64,000 nucleotides of DNA from Eledone cirrhosa (Eukaryota), in assembly GCA_964016885.1 (NCBI GenBank), contig OZ024746.1:47306001-47370000 (forward strand). The letters run 5' to 3'. The position numbers and the translations under genes were made by a program. Shown here piece after piece: positions 14,550 to 28,521 of this stretch. The notes under the pieces are model-generated. The model ran no database searches and was not told the DNA's origin. It saw only the letters and a list, made by a program, of their open reading frames with translations. Each line of letters starts with the position of its first letter. Positions within the stretch are counted from its first letter, which is position 1.

Positions 14550-14643
14550 AACCCGACGGCTGAGCTCAAGCCGTTTCGACGGCTAATTCTGTACTGAATG
14601 AAAATTTATTCTGGTATTTAAATAGCCGAACTTATCAAGGGGT
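14550..14643 (-). ncRNA. Degenerate type I hammerhead ribozyme motif
   Basis: - strand: acccc-TTGATAA-gttcggcta...tagccgtc-GAAA-cggct(tgagctc)agccg-TC-gggtt. Stems I, II and III all pair and the cleavage triplet is GUC, but the core differs from CUGAUGA at two positions. Confidence 0.6.
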
Positions 14644-15030
14644 AATTCCATAAATGGTCAAAGAGATAATCACCAGGATTGGTCACATCACAAGTTAGTA
14701 GTAAATCTGTGATGGCAAGTTGTTGGGGGAAGAGGTAGCTAAACCTGCCGGTAGGAGAAAAAGGGAGAGGGGGTGGAGTAGACCCATTCATGCGTTGGTA
14801 GTGCCAGCTACAGCTGGGTGTGAGGTCAAAGAGGATACTGGGGGGGGGGAGGTCGAAACGGTAAGTAGAACAATGAGGGTAAAACTAAAAGGTACTGAGA
14901 GAGAAAAAAAATAAATAAGCAAAGTCTGGTTACTAAGACTTAAGTCTCTCGCTATTGCTAGGCTAATAAATACATAAATAAATAAATAAATAAACAAATA
15001 AGTGAATAAAAGAATAGATAAATAAATTTT

Positions 15031-15061
<31 letters not shown>

Positions 15062-15848
15062 GTAGAATAACAAAATAAATAATAATAATAGAAATAAACT
15101 AGGTGGGACGGAAATAAAGGGGCCCTTATACGAGGTATAAGTGCGTGTATCGTACAGTGACGTGTCAACAAGGGGGGGGGGGGCAGAATACTAAAGAGAC
15201 TACCACGAAATAATAAAGGTTTCTACCCTAATCACAGGGCCAGCAACCACCCAGTGCAAGAAAGTAAACTAGTACGAGAATATAATTCAGGGTCCCGCAA
15301 AAAAATATTAGTGCTAACTCTAAGGGTACCGCCACGAAACAAAAAGTCTTATACAAGCTACATGAAAGATCGTACGAAGTAAAAATAAAGAACGGAAAAT
15401 TAATACAGGAACATCCCCCCCCCCCCAAAAAAAAAGGGAAAAAGAAGAAAGAAATACTGGAAAAACGAGAAATTAAAGCAAAGATGCCACTAAGAAATAT
15501 AGAAGGCACGGAAAAAAGGGACAGCAGTCGGAGAAGGGCGGCGAGTATCCGAAGTCTAACACCTCTGCTATAAAAAGCGGAGTCAGCCAAATCTATCATA
15601 GAATAGGGGAGGGGGTGGAGGTGCTGAAGCTACAAGGGACCGATGGGCTACCTCGGGTGGGCGAGAAAAAGACGCCGACAAAGAAAACGACAAAGAAAAG
15701 GAACTGGGGTAGAAGGACTAGGGAGGGATGGGGGAAGGAGGAAATATAGAGGAAGCGATAAAAGAATGTAAAAGAAGATCTTACGTCTCCATTGGCAAGC
15801 AGGGGTTACCCATTACAAAATAGGCAAGTGGGGTGTTATAGCCCTAGT

Positions 15849-16187
15849 CTACCCCCCCCCCCCCCCCGGGTTATTATGGGGTTTGAGGGCGAGGTAAGTC
15901 CTACGTAATCGGTGTTTACATGCAGTAACCAGTTCATCTTTCTTGTTTAGGAGTTGGTCCGTCGAAAACAGCATTTGTAATGTTTCCTCCGAGCATAAAT
16001 TGCACGGACGGCGTCCTCCCGTGTAAGAGTTGGCTCTGGACAGTAATTTCCAAGTGAGATCATAGTTGATGTTGTTGTCCTTGAGGTCCCATATGTGGCC
16101 CGAAAGTGTAGTGGCGTGACGCCGGGCCGGGTTTCGGAAGGTATGTCTGTGTTGGTATAGCCGGGTCTTGAAGTCACATGCGGTTAA
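15849..16187 (-). pseudogene. PLE GIY-YIG endonuclease C-terminal fragment (absent from the ORF track, no start codon)
   Basis: Manual translation LTACDFKTRLYQHRHTFRNPARRHATTLSGHIWDLKDNNINYDLTWKLLSRANSYTGGRRPCNLCSEETLQMLFSTDQLLNKKDELVTACKHRLR aligns to the C-terminus of the 48045-49370 protein (FKARLYNH, LSELIWSLK, CNLC, CLHK). Confidence 0.9.
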
Positions 16188-16244
16188 TCGAAACGGCTTG
16201 AGCTCAGCCGTCGGGGTCTTACTTGTTCCTATATATATATATAT

Positions 16245-16980
16245 AGCTTAAAATGGAGTGAGAATAAGAAGAAAGCAAGAACGGGGGGGGGGTGTTCTCA
16301 TCAGTTGTCTAGATGTATTTCAACCAATAACCTTCCAGTCTATCAGATCCAGGGGATTTCCAACTCGATAGTTTCTTTACTAGTTCGGTAACCATATTGA
16401 TTGTCATGGTCACATTTTCATAGTTTTTCTTTCAATTCTTCTGTCACCACCCTGATCCTCTCTGCTTGTTGATTGTGCTTTGCTTCATGTCTCTATAAGT
16501 CGTTCCAAAACTGTTGGCTTTCTTCTGCATCAGGAATTTCGTCCTCAGTTCTATCCAGCCTCTCCAGCTTTTCAAATAACAATTTTTATTGTTTTGGAAC
16601 ATTCTATTTAGACTGAATTTATTAATCCTCTTACTGTATCTTTTCACCTTTGCTGTAGCTGCTTCAATCCTTTGTTTAATTTCTTCAATGACAACATCTA
16701 CCTCTTTGGGAGGCACCCTATACTTTTTTCCATATCTCTCTCCAGATCTGTGTTTTTCATTTTATCTGCGTTTATACTTTCAAGTCTGCTTTATTTTATT
16801 CCGCAATGATTATACTCCTTCTTTATTTTATTTTAAAAATCATATTATGTCCCAACAACATTAACAGCCGTCAAACTAATATTGTAAGTTATGTGAAAGA
16901 GTTTAGAACAAAATATTTGACATCATCAACAGCCTTTCTTTTTCCCTCAGCCTTTTTTTCCAGTTGATTCCTCTCAAAAT
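16245..16980 (-). mobile_element. Decayed R4/Dong-like non-LTR retrotransposon internal fragment
   Basis: Pieces VIEEIKQRIEAATAKVKRY..NRMFQNN, IPDAEESQQFWNDL..HNQQ and LSSWKSPGSDRLEGYWLKY resemble the pre-RT and RT domain 0 of R4/Dong elements. Boundaries approximate. Confidence 0.7.
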
Positions 16981-19900
16981 TATTATTATTACGATTAACG
17001 CATTGGTGTCGATTTAATCGACTTTTCCTTCTCCTTTTAATTGCTGGCCTTGTGCCAAACGTAGAAACAAATATTTTTGTTGTAGTGGTGTGGGGTCCAG
17101 ATCAGGGGTCTAAGAGACTCATGATTAGAGACGTTGCTGCTATGATCATATATATCCTTACTTCTTTTAGAAGATAGCAGAGTGTGATTTAATCGAGATT
17201 TCTTAGGTGGCACAGTCATGTAGTCTCCACTGTTGGCTCATGTTGGCTCGTATTTGTTTGAGATATATATAGAAAACATTATCTGACAGTAACGATGAGT
17301 CAACAAAGGTGTCGTGAATTATGATAGTAGAATTATGATTCTATTAGTGGAACCTTTTAGAACTGTATTATAGGACATTAAAAAGACAGTAAAAATGATG
17401 CACAATCAGAAAACTTGACAGTAGTTACAGCTGGTAACAAAGATAAAAATTTAACTAACGAAAAGTAATAGTAGATGTTCCTTCCTACTTTTGTTTTCTG
17501 TGGATTCAATTTAAATTCTTGTTTTATCTTTTTATTTGTTAGTAAAGTTTAATTCCAATTTGGATAATATATTCACATTCTAGCAAGAAGTGGTTTGTAG
17601 TTTTACAACAGCAATAAATGCTACTTAATATGCAGTTTAATCCTGTATTCCATCCGCTTATCTTTGCTTTAGACACGTAATAGTGTCATGGATACTGGAA
17701 TTGAAGCTACAAGAAAATATACATGAAATATTCATTATAAAATCAAACAATCGATATCACTCCATTTATATTGCAGGTGTTGAATTGATATTCTCATTGT
17801 AATATAGGAGATGTTTATATCCTCTTTAACATGCTAATGAAACGTTATTGAGTTAGTCGTTGTGTTAATATTCTAACTATAACGATGTTTAGCCAACAAT
17901 TGTTCATATTATGGTTAAAATATAATCGTATAGGTGTATCCGCTTGAATAGCAGTTCTCAGTTCGCATTCCTCTGCTATTTTGCACTAACACTTTAATGA
18001 GTGTTATCCAATTGTCCAAGCCCCCCTTCCCTAGCAGAATGTTCCCTTTACTTTTTTATGTACATTCGATATAACTCATTAACATTCTTTAACTCCACTT
18101 TCTACTCGTAGAAAACAATAAAATGAAATCTATGAAGATGACCAGGTTTATGGGATTTTACTCATAATGATTCATTTTCTTATCTCTCCGTCTCTTTTTC
18201 TTCATCAAGAACAACCTTTCCACTCACTCCTGAAACAGTTGAATTCAATGGAATCTGATCGTCAGAACCTTTGCGAAAATAGAGCTTTTTATGTTTTTAT
18301 GTTTTTATGTTTTTATGTTTTTATGTTTTTAGAAGTAGACGATTTACTAGTTTTGTGTTTGCTTGATATATATATTGTTCAATCATGTGAAATACAGCAA
18401 AAATAAAGCACAAAGAAAAAGAAAATTTTTCTGACGTCTCTGGTAAACTTAGCCTTTTGGAATGGATAAAATAAAGTACTATTTTAAGGCAGCGTGTCAG
18501 ATGAGAGGTCTTGTACTATTAGTTCCCGCTCTTCGCGCGCGCTCAGTTCTTGGGTTGTAGACTTAATCCATCGACTGATTTAACACTACCACTTGGTCCA
18601 TGAAGGGCTTTAATGAAACTCACTCTGTTGCAAATATATGATTGTTTGGTCTTAGTTCTCCAGTGGGGAATCCTTCTTGATACATAAGTTATTTATTGGC
18701 TAGAAGCTCATCAGCCTACTGTTTATTAAAGTGTAGTAGATAAATGCAAGCATTAATATGCTGGTTCTATTGATTTCGCTATTGCTATTATAGTAGTTGA
18801 GATTGATACTGTTGCTGCAATCTCTTCTCTTTTGTTTAAATTTAAAAGAATCGCCTGTGTGTTTCTAAAGTTACAGCTAATAAAATATTCAATTTATGCC
18901 CACATGGATCATAAATATTGAATTTCAAATGTGATAAATCTTAATACCTCCATTCTTTCGCATGAATGAATTTTTTTTTTTCAATCTCTTGATGTTGATC
19001 TCATAGGGTACTTTCAATGCAGTGATAAGTAGGCAACACAAACTAAGGTAGTAATATAAGACTAATTTTTTTTTTAAAGGATGGAAAGAAAATTAATTAG
19101 AAATACGTCTTAAATACTTGAAAGAGTAAGTAAACATAATTATTCAATATAAGACAGTGACAGAAACACCCGACAAGCAAATACTTCAACCAGTTGATGT
19201 AACTATATCATCTGACAATAAAACAGAAGAGGAAAATTACACGACCAAAATCTTTTTCTAATAGCAGATATTATGAATCCAGAGAATGAAAACCATATTA
19301 TAATTTGATTCATTGGCATGGAAAATTGACTCAAGAAACTATTTGAAAGACTCCTATAATTCAATATAGAGAAGTCTGACCTAAATACAGTGGATATGTA
19401 TCATAACATATTGTAAACAACGATGTAACATCTACATGATTCTTCTTCCTAAAAGCAATAGCAGCCAAATCTCACTCAAATTACACACTACTGTCTTGCA
19501 AAAAGAAGGGCACAATTGAAGACAAGATAGTTATGGCTGACATGAACCTTAACAACAACAACTCTATTATGCAAATGAATCTTATTCATGTTACATCGTT
19601 TGTTCACTCCGTATTCGCTCCGAATGAGCAGCAGCTATGATCATCCCATTTTTTTAAAGATAAATTGAACTATATATTATCTAATGTGTTTTCCATTTAT
19701 TTAAGACATTCAGTGTGATTTGGGGAGATGTAGTTGCTATTTCAAGTAATCCGTGTGAATACATAGAGGTTCACTCGTTAGATCTTCGTAGGAGTCATAT
19801 TTCATATATTTATCAACTTTTTTTATATTTTCCAGACTCGTTGCAGTATGGTTCCTTAATATATGCATATAGCTACTTCAATAAGCAGCCCACTAAATTT

Positions 19901-21087
19901 ACTTTACGTAATCAATAGTAATTATGTCTCTTCGATATATGAAAGCGTCTCCTAAGAAAATTACTTCAGAATCGCTGCCATTTGTTATTGCCTTACTGAT
20001 ATATGCTTTGAAAGTTACAACGAACGAACTAACCAGCAGCAGAATGGTTAATTAAAGTCGATTATTATTATTCGTTATGTTTTTATTATTTCTTGGCCAG
20101 TTGATAGTATCAGCAATGGATAGACCAATGGAAAAATAGTGTCCTTACGTCGATCTGGCGGTCGGCTCTTTTATTTTTTATATATTCTAAACTTAATATA
20201 TAAAAATCATTGTATTTATGTATTTTAATTTACGGGGTTCATATTTGTATCTAGGTTGCTGCAGTTTTATGTAGAAGCACATCGTTTGAAAGAGGTCGTG
20301 GGTTATTTGGGTTTTCTTCTGGTAACTTCAAAAATTTAAATTTATTAATAAGGAAGAATGTCTATATAGAAAAGAGGGAAAATGTTTTGTTTTGTTTTTT
20401 TGTAACGAAGAAGGAAACAGCGAGAGATTGCGAACAAATGTGTCTTTAAGTAGTAAAGATGGGTATAAATAATTTCTGCCTATCATATTCAGTGTTATTA
20501 TTCAATTTGCTTGTGGAAATAGAAACAGAAAATTGATTTTGTAATAAAGAAGCACACAGCAAGAGAGAGTTGTCGTGTGAATAATTAGGTAGGAGGTGGA
20601 GATAAACAGCTACGAAATATTACATTCTTTGTTGGTTCTTACTTCCAATTTATGTATGTATGTGTGTATAGAAACATAGAAACAGAAGATTTTGGAAATG
20701 ACAGATGTGTATTTTCGATGAACGGAAATTCATATTTGTATATAAAAAATCTAGAAGTTCGAATGATCTTTATTTAAATGCAGCAGACGGATAACAAAAT
20801 AAACATATATTAATTTTAAATTCATTTTATTTCACTTCTATATCATTCATATGTACAGTGCCTTTTAAACTTTTGTTTTTCTTATTTGTTACTTTAAAAA
20901 TGTTATGCACATACATACATACGTACATACGTACATACATACACACATACATACATACATACATACATACATACACTCATATATATATGATTAGAATTCT
21001 TAAGGGTAAGAATCTTATAGAATACCATATTGATTTATCAACAACGTAAATTGAAACCAACCTACAGATAATCAATATATGTGTGTG

Positions 21088-21138
<51 letters not shown>

Positions 21139-21849
21139 TAGTTTGCTTGTTTTTTGTACGTGTATGAGTGTGTGCGTGTGTTTGTATTGATATGGGAGCG
21201 TGTGTGTATTTGTGTATGCATGTACATGTGTGTGCGTAAATTCTTTGAAAATGCCATGACATCAACGTGTTCTATTTTAAGACAGCAGAGATTTAGTGGC
21301 TATTTCTAACAGGTCAAGTAACCTTGTAAATGTTCCCTCGTTAGCTTGTCTACCCAATTTTTAAGATGATAAGCTGAAAGCCGACGAAGATTTCGTTGCT
21401 ATTTCTAGTATATTGAATGATCGTGTGTGGGATACTTTGATGAGTTTCATGTATATCAGTAGACTGGATTTCTATCCTTGTAACGTAGGTTTATCTATCA
21501 TTAGACCTACATGAATCAAATGTATGGCAATTATACACTGAGCTTTGCGAGTTTAGAATTATGAAGTTTATTTTTTTAAATATCACATGGAAAATGAAAT
21601 ATAGTATAGCACAAACTTATTATCCTATTACTGATTTCTATTGAAAATACACAAGGATAATGTTGGCAATATAAATTCTATAATGGATGAAATCAATTCC
21701 GTATACCATTTTATTAACTGTGCCACAAGAGAGAAAAGCCAATAAAGTTAATTCTGGTAAGGTTTTAATTCAGATAAGTAGTTAAGCAATCTCAATTCCC
21801 ACTGTAGGATTCTATTTTACGTTGATGAATTATTGATTTCTGGCTTTGA

Positions 21850-22312
21850 CACTTTTCGGCTCTCTGTGCTCTGAGTTCAAATCCCACTGATGTCAACTTT
21901 GCCTTTCATCCATGTCAGGTCAATAAAATACCAGTCAAGTACTGGAGTCGTTTTTTCCTCTATATCTTTCTCATTTCTATGCTCTCATTCTCTATCCTTC
22001 TCTGGAAGAAATCTGCTGCATTCAGACATGGAAAAGGTTAGGTGCTGCCAGGTTTTAAAACATGCCCTAGAATCGCCGTATGTCAATACGGCGCCCCTAT
22101 GACTCTCAGGAGTTACAGGAACATACCATAACATTGACACTACTTCACACATTTGAGAGAAGGAGTATAGTAGATTAAATCGACTTCAGTACTTTACTGA
22201 TATTTATTTTATCGATGAAATAAAGTAAAGTACCAGTCAAGTACTGAGTTTATTTAATCAACTTGGTTCTTTCTCTAAATTTTCTGGCCTTGTGTCTAAA
22301 TTAAAAATCAAT
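21850..22312 (+). mobile_element. Two partial SINE family 1 copies
   Basis: ctgagttcaaatccc..tcaactttgcctttcatcc..aaataccagtcaagtactgg (~21870-21950) and gtaccagtcaagtactgag..ctggccttgtgtctaaa (~22225-22310). Confidence 0.7.
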
Positions 22313-23659
22313 ATTGTAAGCAATGAGAATATTGTGTAAATGCATGAGTATTTCATTAGATTACATTATTCAGAATTCAAATCCTATAAAGGATAGAGCG
22401 TGAAGAGATGTGGTTTCTCTCAACTTAGTGTGTTCTAAATACGCGATTTGATGAATTTCAAGGAGTGCCCTTGTAACTAAATTATTTATGGCAGTTTCTG
22501 TATAGCTCTTTTATCAAACATCTTTAAATAGATAGTCAGATAGATGCAGAGGACCGAAGTGATAGTATTGGCAACTTATATTTTGTTACTGGGTCTATGG
22601 TGGCCAGGTCCGCGTATCAGAAAGTAAATACCATAGAGGCTTAAAGTTCGTTAATGCAACCAGAAACAGCATTATAAAATAGACGAATGTTTTGTTGACT
22701 TATGGTTTTTAGAACAACTTGTTTTCGCAGGTATGTCCAAAATAGCTATTTGTTCGCATTCCCCTACTCCAAAATATATTTTAACGTCTGATATGATCCC
22801 TGACCCTCAGAAGCTGGACACTACTAAGACGACACCTTTAGCACCTATACATGTTACCAATAACCATTCATCTTCTCTGTACATTCTCTCGTTACTATTT
22901 CAGTGTTTTAGTATTTTGAAGCATGTTTTAACAGTACAGTAGTTTTGAAATGTGAAAGGTAAAAAGGTTTTTGCTAGCATTCAATGGTGTGCATACCTGC
23001 ACTATGCGAGTAGTGGCAAGTTCCCGAAGTTCGTCTTGCTTCAGTTCTAGTTGAGCTAAATTCAGTTTTTATCACTAGCTTTCTCTCTTATTCAAACGTC
23101 TTTGTTTGTATTTTTGCTATCAGTCATCGCTGGAGCTGCTATAAGTATCAACCAAATCTTCTTCAAATCACTCCCTACCATCTTAAAAAGTACGTATTTA
23201 ATAAGGTAATCATTGATACACTGAGCCTGAAAGGGCGGGGTTATCAACGGTGGAATGTCTTTAGCCATTGATCTGAGGTTGAACACAATAACCCCCATGT
23301 ACATTAAATGATTAAAAAAATAATCATTGTAACTCATTCAATCAATACATTATGGAGTATTCAGAACGTCAATTAGAATTACTCCTGATGTACGTGGGGT
23401 GAGGGGGGCATCTTTAAAGAAACTTAAAATTCTGTCCCATACTTTAGTGTTATATCTAGTATCTATCCTTACTACTCTTCAAACATTATTGATGTATGTA
23501 AAGTAACATGATTTGAATAACGAATCGAAACTGAGTTGTGAAATCAATTACATGAGACGATACTTCCATAGCACCACGCTATTCATATTGCAAAATATAG
23601 TGGAGAAAAGAAACAGTTTGCAAAATGTTTCACACTGACTAAGATAAGATTTTTAATAA

Positions 23660-24655
23660 ATATATTGATTTCTAATGTTGGCATTAGGCCGCAAACTGTG
23701 TGGAGGTGTATAATAGATTAAATCAACTCCAGAAATGTATCTATTCCGAAAAGACGAAAGACAAAACCCAGCGGGATTTGAAATCAAAACATAAAGAGAA
23801 GTGACTAAATACTGCGTTTTACCAACTCTATTAACCCATCGACTTTGTAATAAACATAGCATTGATGTCTAACATAGACATAAGGTCACATATTTTGCAG
23901 GAGAGGTATACTCGATTAAATTAATTACTTGTGAAAACGAATAATTGATTTTATTGATCTTAATAGGATGAAAGGCAAATTTGACCTCGGGAGAAGAAAT
24001 GAATTTGAACTAAAGAGGTATAAGTAAATATCGTATAGCATTTTGTGATCTGTTTTAATGATTCTGCTATTACTCTGTCTACCTAGTAAATATAATATTT
24101 ATTTCTAATTTAGGAATAAGGCCAGCAAATTTGGAGGAAAGGCAAAGTTTATGAAATCAACTCCAGTACTTGACTGTTTTATTTTATCAACCCCAGGAGG
24201 ATGAAATGCAAAGTTAACAAAGGCGGAATTTTAATTCAGAACATAAAAAAGCCGAAACAAATGCTGCAAAGCATTTTATCGGACGCTCTACCAATTCTGC
24301 CTATCTATCACCGTCTGTAATGGTTTCTGATTTAAGCATAAGGCCAACAATTTTAGTGGAGGGAAAAGTCGAATAAAAGTTGAGGGAAAGGTGCGTTACT
24401 GGTATTTTATTCTATCGACCCCGTAAGGATGAAAGGCAAAGCTAACATCGGCGAGATTTGAACTCAGAATATAAAGAGACGTAATTCTATGCGACAAAGC
24501 ATTTATCCGCCGCTCTGCTAATCTATCACTTTCTATAATAATTATAATTGTTTCTAATTACTGGTACTTTATTTTATCGACCCCGTAAGGATGAAAGGCG
24601 AAGTTAACCCCGGCGGGATTTGAACTCAGATCATAAAGGGCCGTAACTCTAAACG
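23660..24655 (-). mobile_element. Head-to-tail stack of about five SINE family 1 copies of differing divergence
   Basis: Repeated tttcta..aggcc..aatt / ggatgaaaggcaaag / gggatttgaactcag motifs about every 200-230 bp. The last copy has an 18-bp TSD ttctataataattataat (24531-24548 and 24656-24673). Confidence 0.85.
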
Positions 24656-27600
24656 TTCTATAATAATTATAATATTAGAATGTATTCTGCACTAATATAT
24701 ATATATATATATACGTAGTACTGCTCTTTAGCGACATCATAAATATAATTCATAAACATTTCTGATATTTCAGACAAATTTAATCAGACACAGTTTATAT
24801 GACAATCTGATTAAGCATTGTCACCGGCTTCACCATTCCTCTTGGCTTCTATGACAGCAAATATGATGAATAATTATTGATTCTTATTCTGGCAAAATGT
24901 TACAAATTTCGTTGTAAAAGAAATTAGTGTGTGATATTCATTTCTTGGTCGCGAGCATTAGAAACGTAAGTTGTTCTTGTCATTGTTGTTCTTGTCGTTG
25001 CTGTTTATTTCTAGGATAGCTCTGACTAGACAGACTTAAACAGTGTTTTTGTTTGTTTGTGTTTTAGTTGTTGTTTTTAACTAAGACCATCCTGCCTTTA
25101 TCAGGGTGTCTAAAAGTATATTGACACCTGTCCTTACCCGTTTCAAAACGGTACAGCCTGATTTGGAGGATATTTGCTGGTTATTTATACTGTATCTGTT
25201 CAAATAAGCACTTCAAAGCGTATTTCTTGGCTTGTGAAGGTTAAGTGAAAGGAACTGGTGTTGAAGCGGAAATCGAAACCGGTTAGCTAAATTAATCGGC
25301 TGGAAGCTTATCTTTTGTTCCTATTACAACTATTTTTACCATGTGCCAATTAAAGAGCCTTTATATTGTCCCTCAACTCAATGAAATAGCAGCCAAATCT
25401 TCCGTGCATCAAACTCTACCACCATAAAACGGGACGTGCATGTTGTATAATATAGCCGGAAAGACCTTACGTCTGAATAAGAAAAAGATGTTATGATTAC
25501 AGCTGGAATGTCTTTGATCCTAGATTTGATCTATTGAAACTGATCTCAAAAAAACCCAACAACAATAACAACTTTTATTACCATGAATGAACAAGATTTT
25601 TATCGACTAGATTATATTAAAAAGAGACAAAACACTCTAACAGATTCAGAGACTGTTTAATGGTTAACATTATATGGTATTTCTCTCAGATTTTATCTAA
25701 TTTATTTCTACAATGTGTGATCTATTAATCTTCAATTCATAGTTTAATTTTTGCAGTCAAAACGAAAACTCTGATGGGGAAGATGACGTGAAGATTAATT
25801 AAGGCTCGTCACGTTGTAAATTTTTAATAAATCAAACTAAGTGTTAAGAGTCAATAAAATGACAACCACAAATTTGTTCGATCCTCCGTCGGTTTTGGTG
25901 ATGAGCATACAGTTGTTTGATCAACTTAATTAATTAACTCGTTAAATGAAAGTGTAAGTAGTTGAATATTCCAAAGATATGTGAATTCATAACATAATTT
26001 TCAGGTGAAATCTACGTGAAACAGTATGTGATAAGGCTGGCCCTTCGAATTCTATGTATAATTATTATAAAATGGTATTCCAAACAGTTTCCTACTAACG
26101 TAACTCTAGAGTCGATCCAACACTATGGCAAAATACACTCCTCAACCTTTAGGTCATGCCTGCGTCAGCCTAGAAACATTAACTGAACGACAGAAGAATG
26201 AACACAAACAGCAGAAACTTTCTCTCTTAACTTAATTTCCTTCAGAATTAGAATTGAGTCTTAATATGCACTTCCACTTATGAATTATTGTATTATTAAT
26301 TTAAAGAGCCATTTATAACTTATCTACAAATGTTGACCTATAAAATTTTATGTGCTTTGGTTATTAATAAGATGAGCTAATTTCACAGCATTTCAATTAC
26401 ACCACAGATAGTAAAAATAAAAATAAACTCTCATAACCTTCAACAGCACCTATTAAAAGACTATGTTACAGGTAACATTAAGTATTATCATATTTCCAAT
26501 GATTTCGAATTAAAACTTCCAGCGGAATATTGACGGAATACCTAATATACTCTTTTGATTTGATTTTAATGTATCGTAGCCGAAACTAAATCGTTTTAAT
26601 GTATCGTAAACCGAAACTAAATCCTTACGTTGAGTTGAGGTCAAATAAATCTGTACGGACCGATCCTTGTCTAAACTATAAACCTCGTCAAGAAATAAAG
26701 TGGAAATATGAGGAAATAATGTCACGTGCCTCAACCGAGAATTAAATCAATGTCTTAAATTTGAATTGCCAGGCGTTTATCAATGATTTACCCCGTTTAC
26801 TGAAGACAAAACAAATTTCTACCACCATAATTTATCGCTGTAGATAACCATAAGCTGGCTGGTTCTTACGTTAAACCTAAATTGGTTATGTTAATCATAT
26901 AGACGTTTACTGTTCAAGAACATACTACATTTATATGACAGATTAATGCAGTGTGTATAAAGACTAGCTAGGCACCTTGCTCTATATAGGCTCGAGTACA
27001 CAATATCTTAATTAGCAATCCTCCCAAGGAGAATTCAACCATTCAAGCAATCATTTCTTGATAGTTCTTATTTCTTATTTCCATTTGGTTATAGGACTCT
27101 ACTGAAATGATTTTTTATTGTTGTCTCCAGAAAAAATATTTTAAATCAGAACGACAATTAAGAGTTGTACCAACGAATTATCACTTGCTCCAACTGTCAT
27201 TTTATATATCTATGACATATTTCCAGTTCTGATATATTATTACATGTAATGAGTGCTATTAAAATATTACAAAAATACGGTACATGGGTTCATCAACAAC
27301 AAGCATTTGGATTCGAAATATGTGTATTACTTATATACGAGAACCAGATGCCTTTCCATTCCTTTTTTTTTTCTTCGTTATATAGACGTCACTCGCAATT
27401 GTGTATGATTCGGTAATATTCTTTTGTTAGGGAATTTCGGTGCTCATGCAGTCACGAGTAGACCCTACCCTTGACCCTCTCCCCTTTGATCCCACCGAAC
27501 ATCCAGGATGTGACAGCTGGAAAGAAAGAAGGCTGCACCATTACTGGTCTAGTATCTTATTGAATCTGATAGAATGAAAAGTAAACTGAACCACGGTAGG

Positions 27601-27834
27601 ATTTGAATTCAGAACGTAGAGACGTTACCCAACTCTTTAACGACTCTGCAAAATCGATTGCCTTTTATATAGAACACAGTAATATATTTCGTTTAATTCA
27701 AATAGCCCTGTAAGTTGCCTATAAAACTGACCGTCCGTGTTCCAAGACAAAATATATCAATGACACACAGGAGCAAGGGAATACAAACTGTATCCCGCCG
27801 ATTATGGCAAATTTGTTAATAGACTAAGGAAAAG

Positions 27835-27836
27835 TT

Positions 27837-27872
<36 letters not shown>

Positions 27873-27930
27873 CCCTCTCTCACCTCTCGCTCTCTCCTCT
27901 CCCTTTCTCCTTCTCTCTCTCTCACTCTCA
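27835..27930. repeat. Imperfect (CT)n microsatellite
   Basis: Read directly. Confidence 0.9.
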
Positions 27931-28521
27931 TTCTGCGTGTTTGCAAGCGTGCGTGCCTGTGTGCGTGCATGCGTGTAAATAAACTCTAATTTGAATTATC
28001 ATTTTCATAACACGCGATGTACTTGATTTTAAACTAATTTTCCATCCTATCATGTCATATTACTTTCAGGAGTTATTGATAGAAACGAAAATAATTTTCC
28101 AACAAATTCGCTGTTATAGTAGTTGTTTTGCGTGTTAATTTGTTTTTTGTATTTTATTTATTTATTTATTTATTTTGTTTCCTGTCTCTCGGTAACAATT
28201 TAACCCCACTTTGAATTTTGAAAATGTGAATCTTTAGGTCTTATTGTCTAATGAATTGAAGTAATGATTTGAAGTTTAAGAAGGCTTAAATGTTAGATGT
28301 GTTCAAATAATCTATGCAAATCAAATTATTGGATAGAAAAATAAGTTTGAATATAAAACAAACGGCTAAAATGGAATAAATTCATAATTTACGGAAGATG
28401 AAAATACTAAATTCTGTTCCAAACCCTTTCATGTTTATATATGAAATCTATCCTGAAATGACGAAATACCTTAAACCTTTGATATCTTTTTGAGGATTTT
28501 AGTATTTTTGGAATAATCTTT

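Larger units (their letters stand above)
14457..16232 (-). mobile_element. 5'-truncated Penelope-like element (C-terminal GIY-YIG) with a short inverted terminal copy, between (TA)n tracts
   Basis: Hidden - strand frame 16187-15849 encodes a GIY-YIG C-half; 14535-14579 is repeated inverted at 16188-16232 (44/45 match); (TA)n on both sides; hammerhead-like fold at 14550-14643. Confidence 0.85.

Noticed and set aside
23660-24673. Regularly spaced repeats reminiscent of a CRISPR array
   Set aside because: Units are ~200-bp diverged SINEs in eukaryotic DNA, with no constant repeat/spacer structure and no cas genes.
26564-26623. 30-bp tandem duplication
   Set aside because: Simple two-copy slippage with no further structure.
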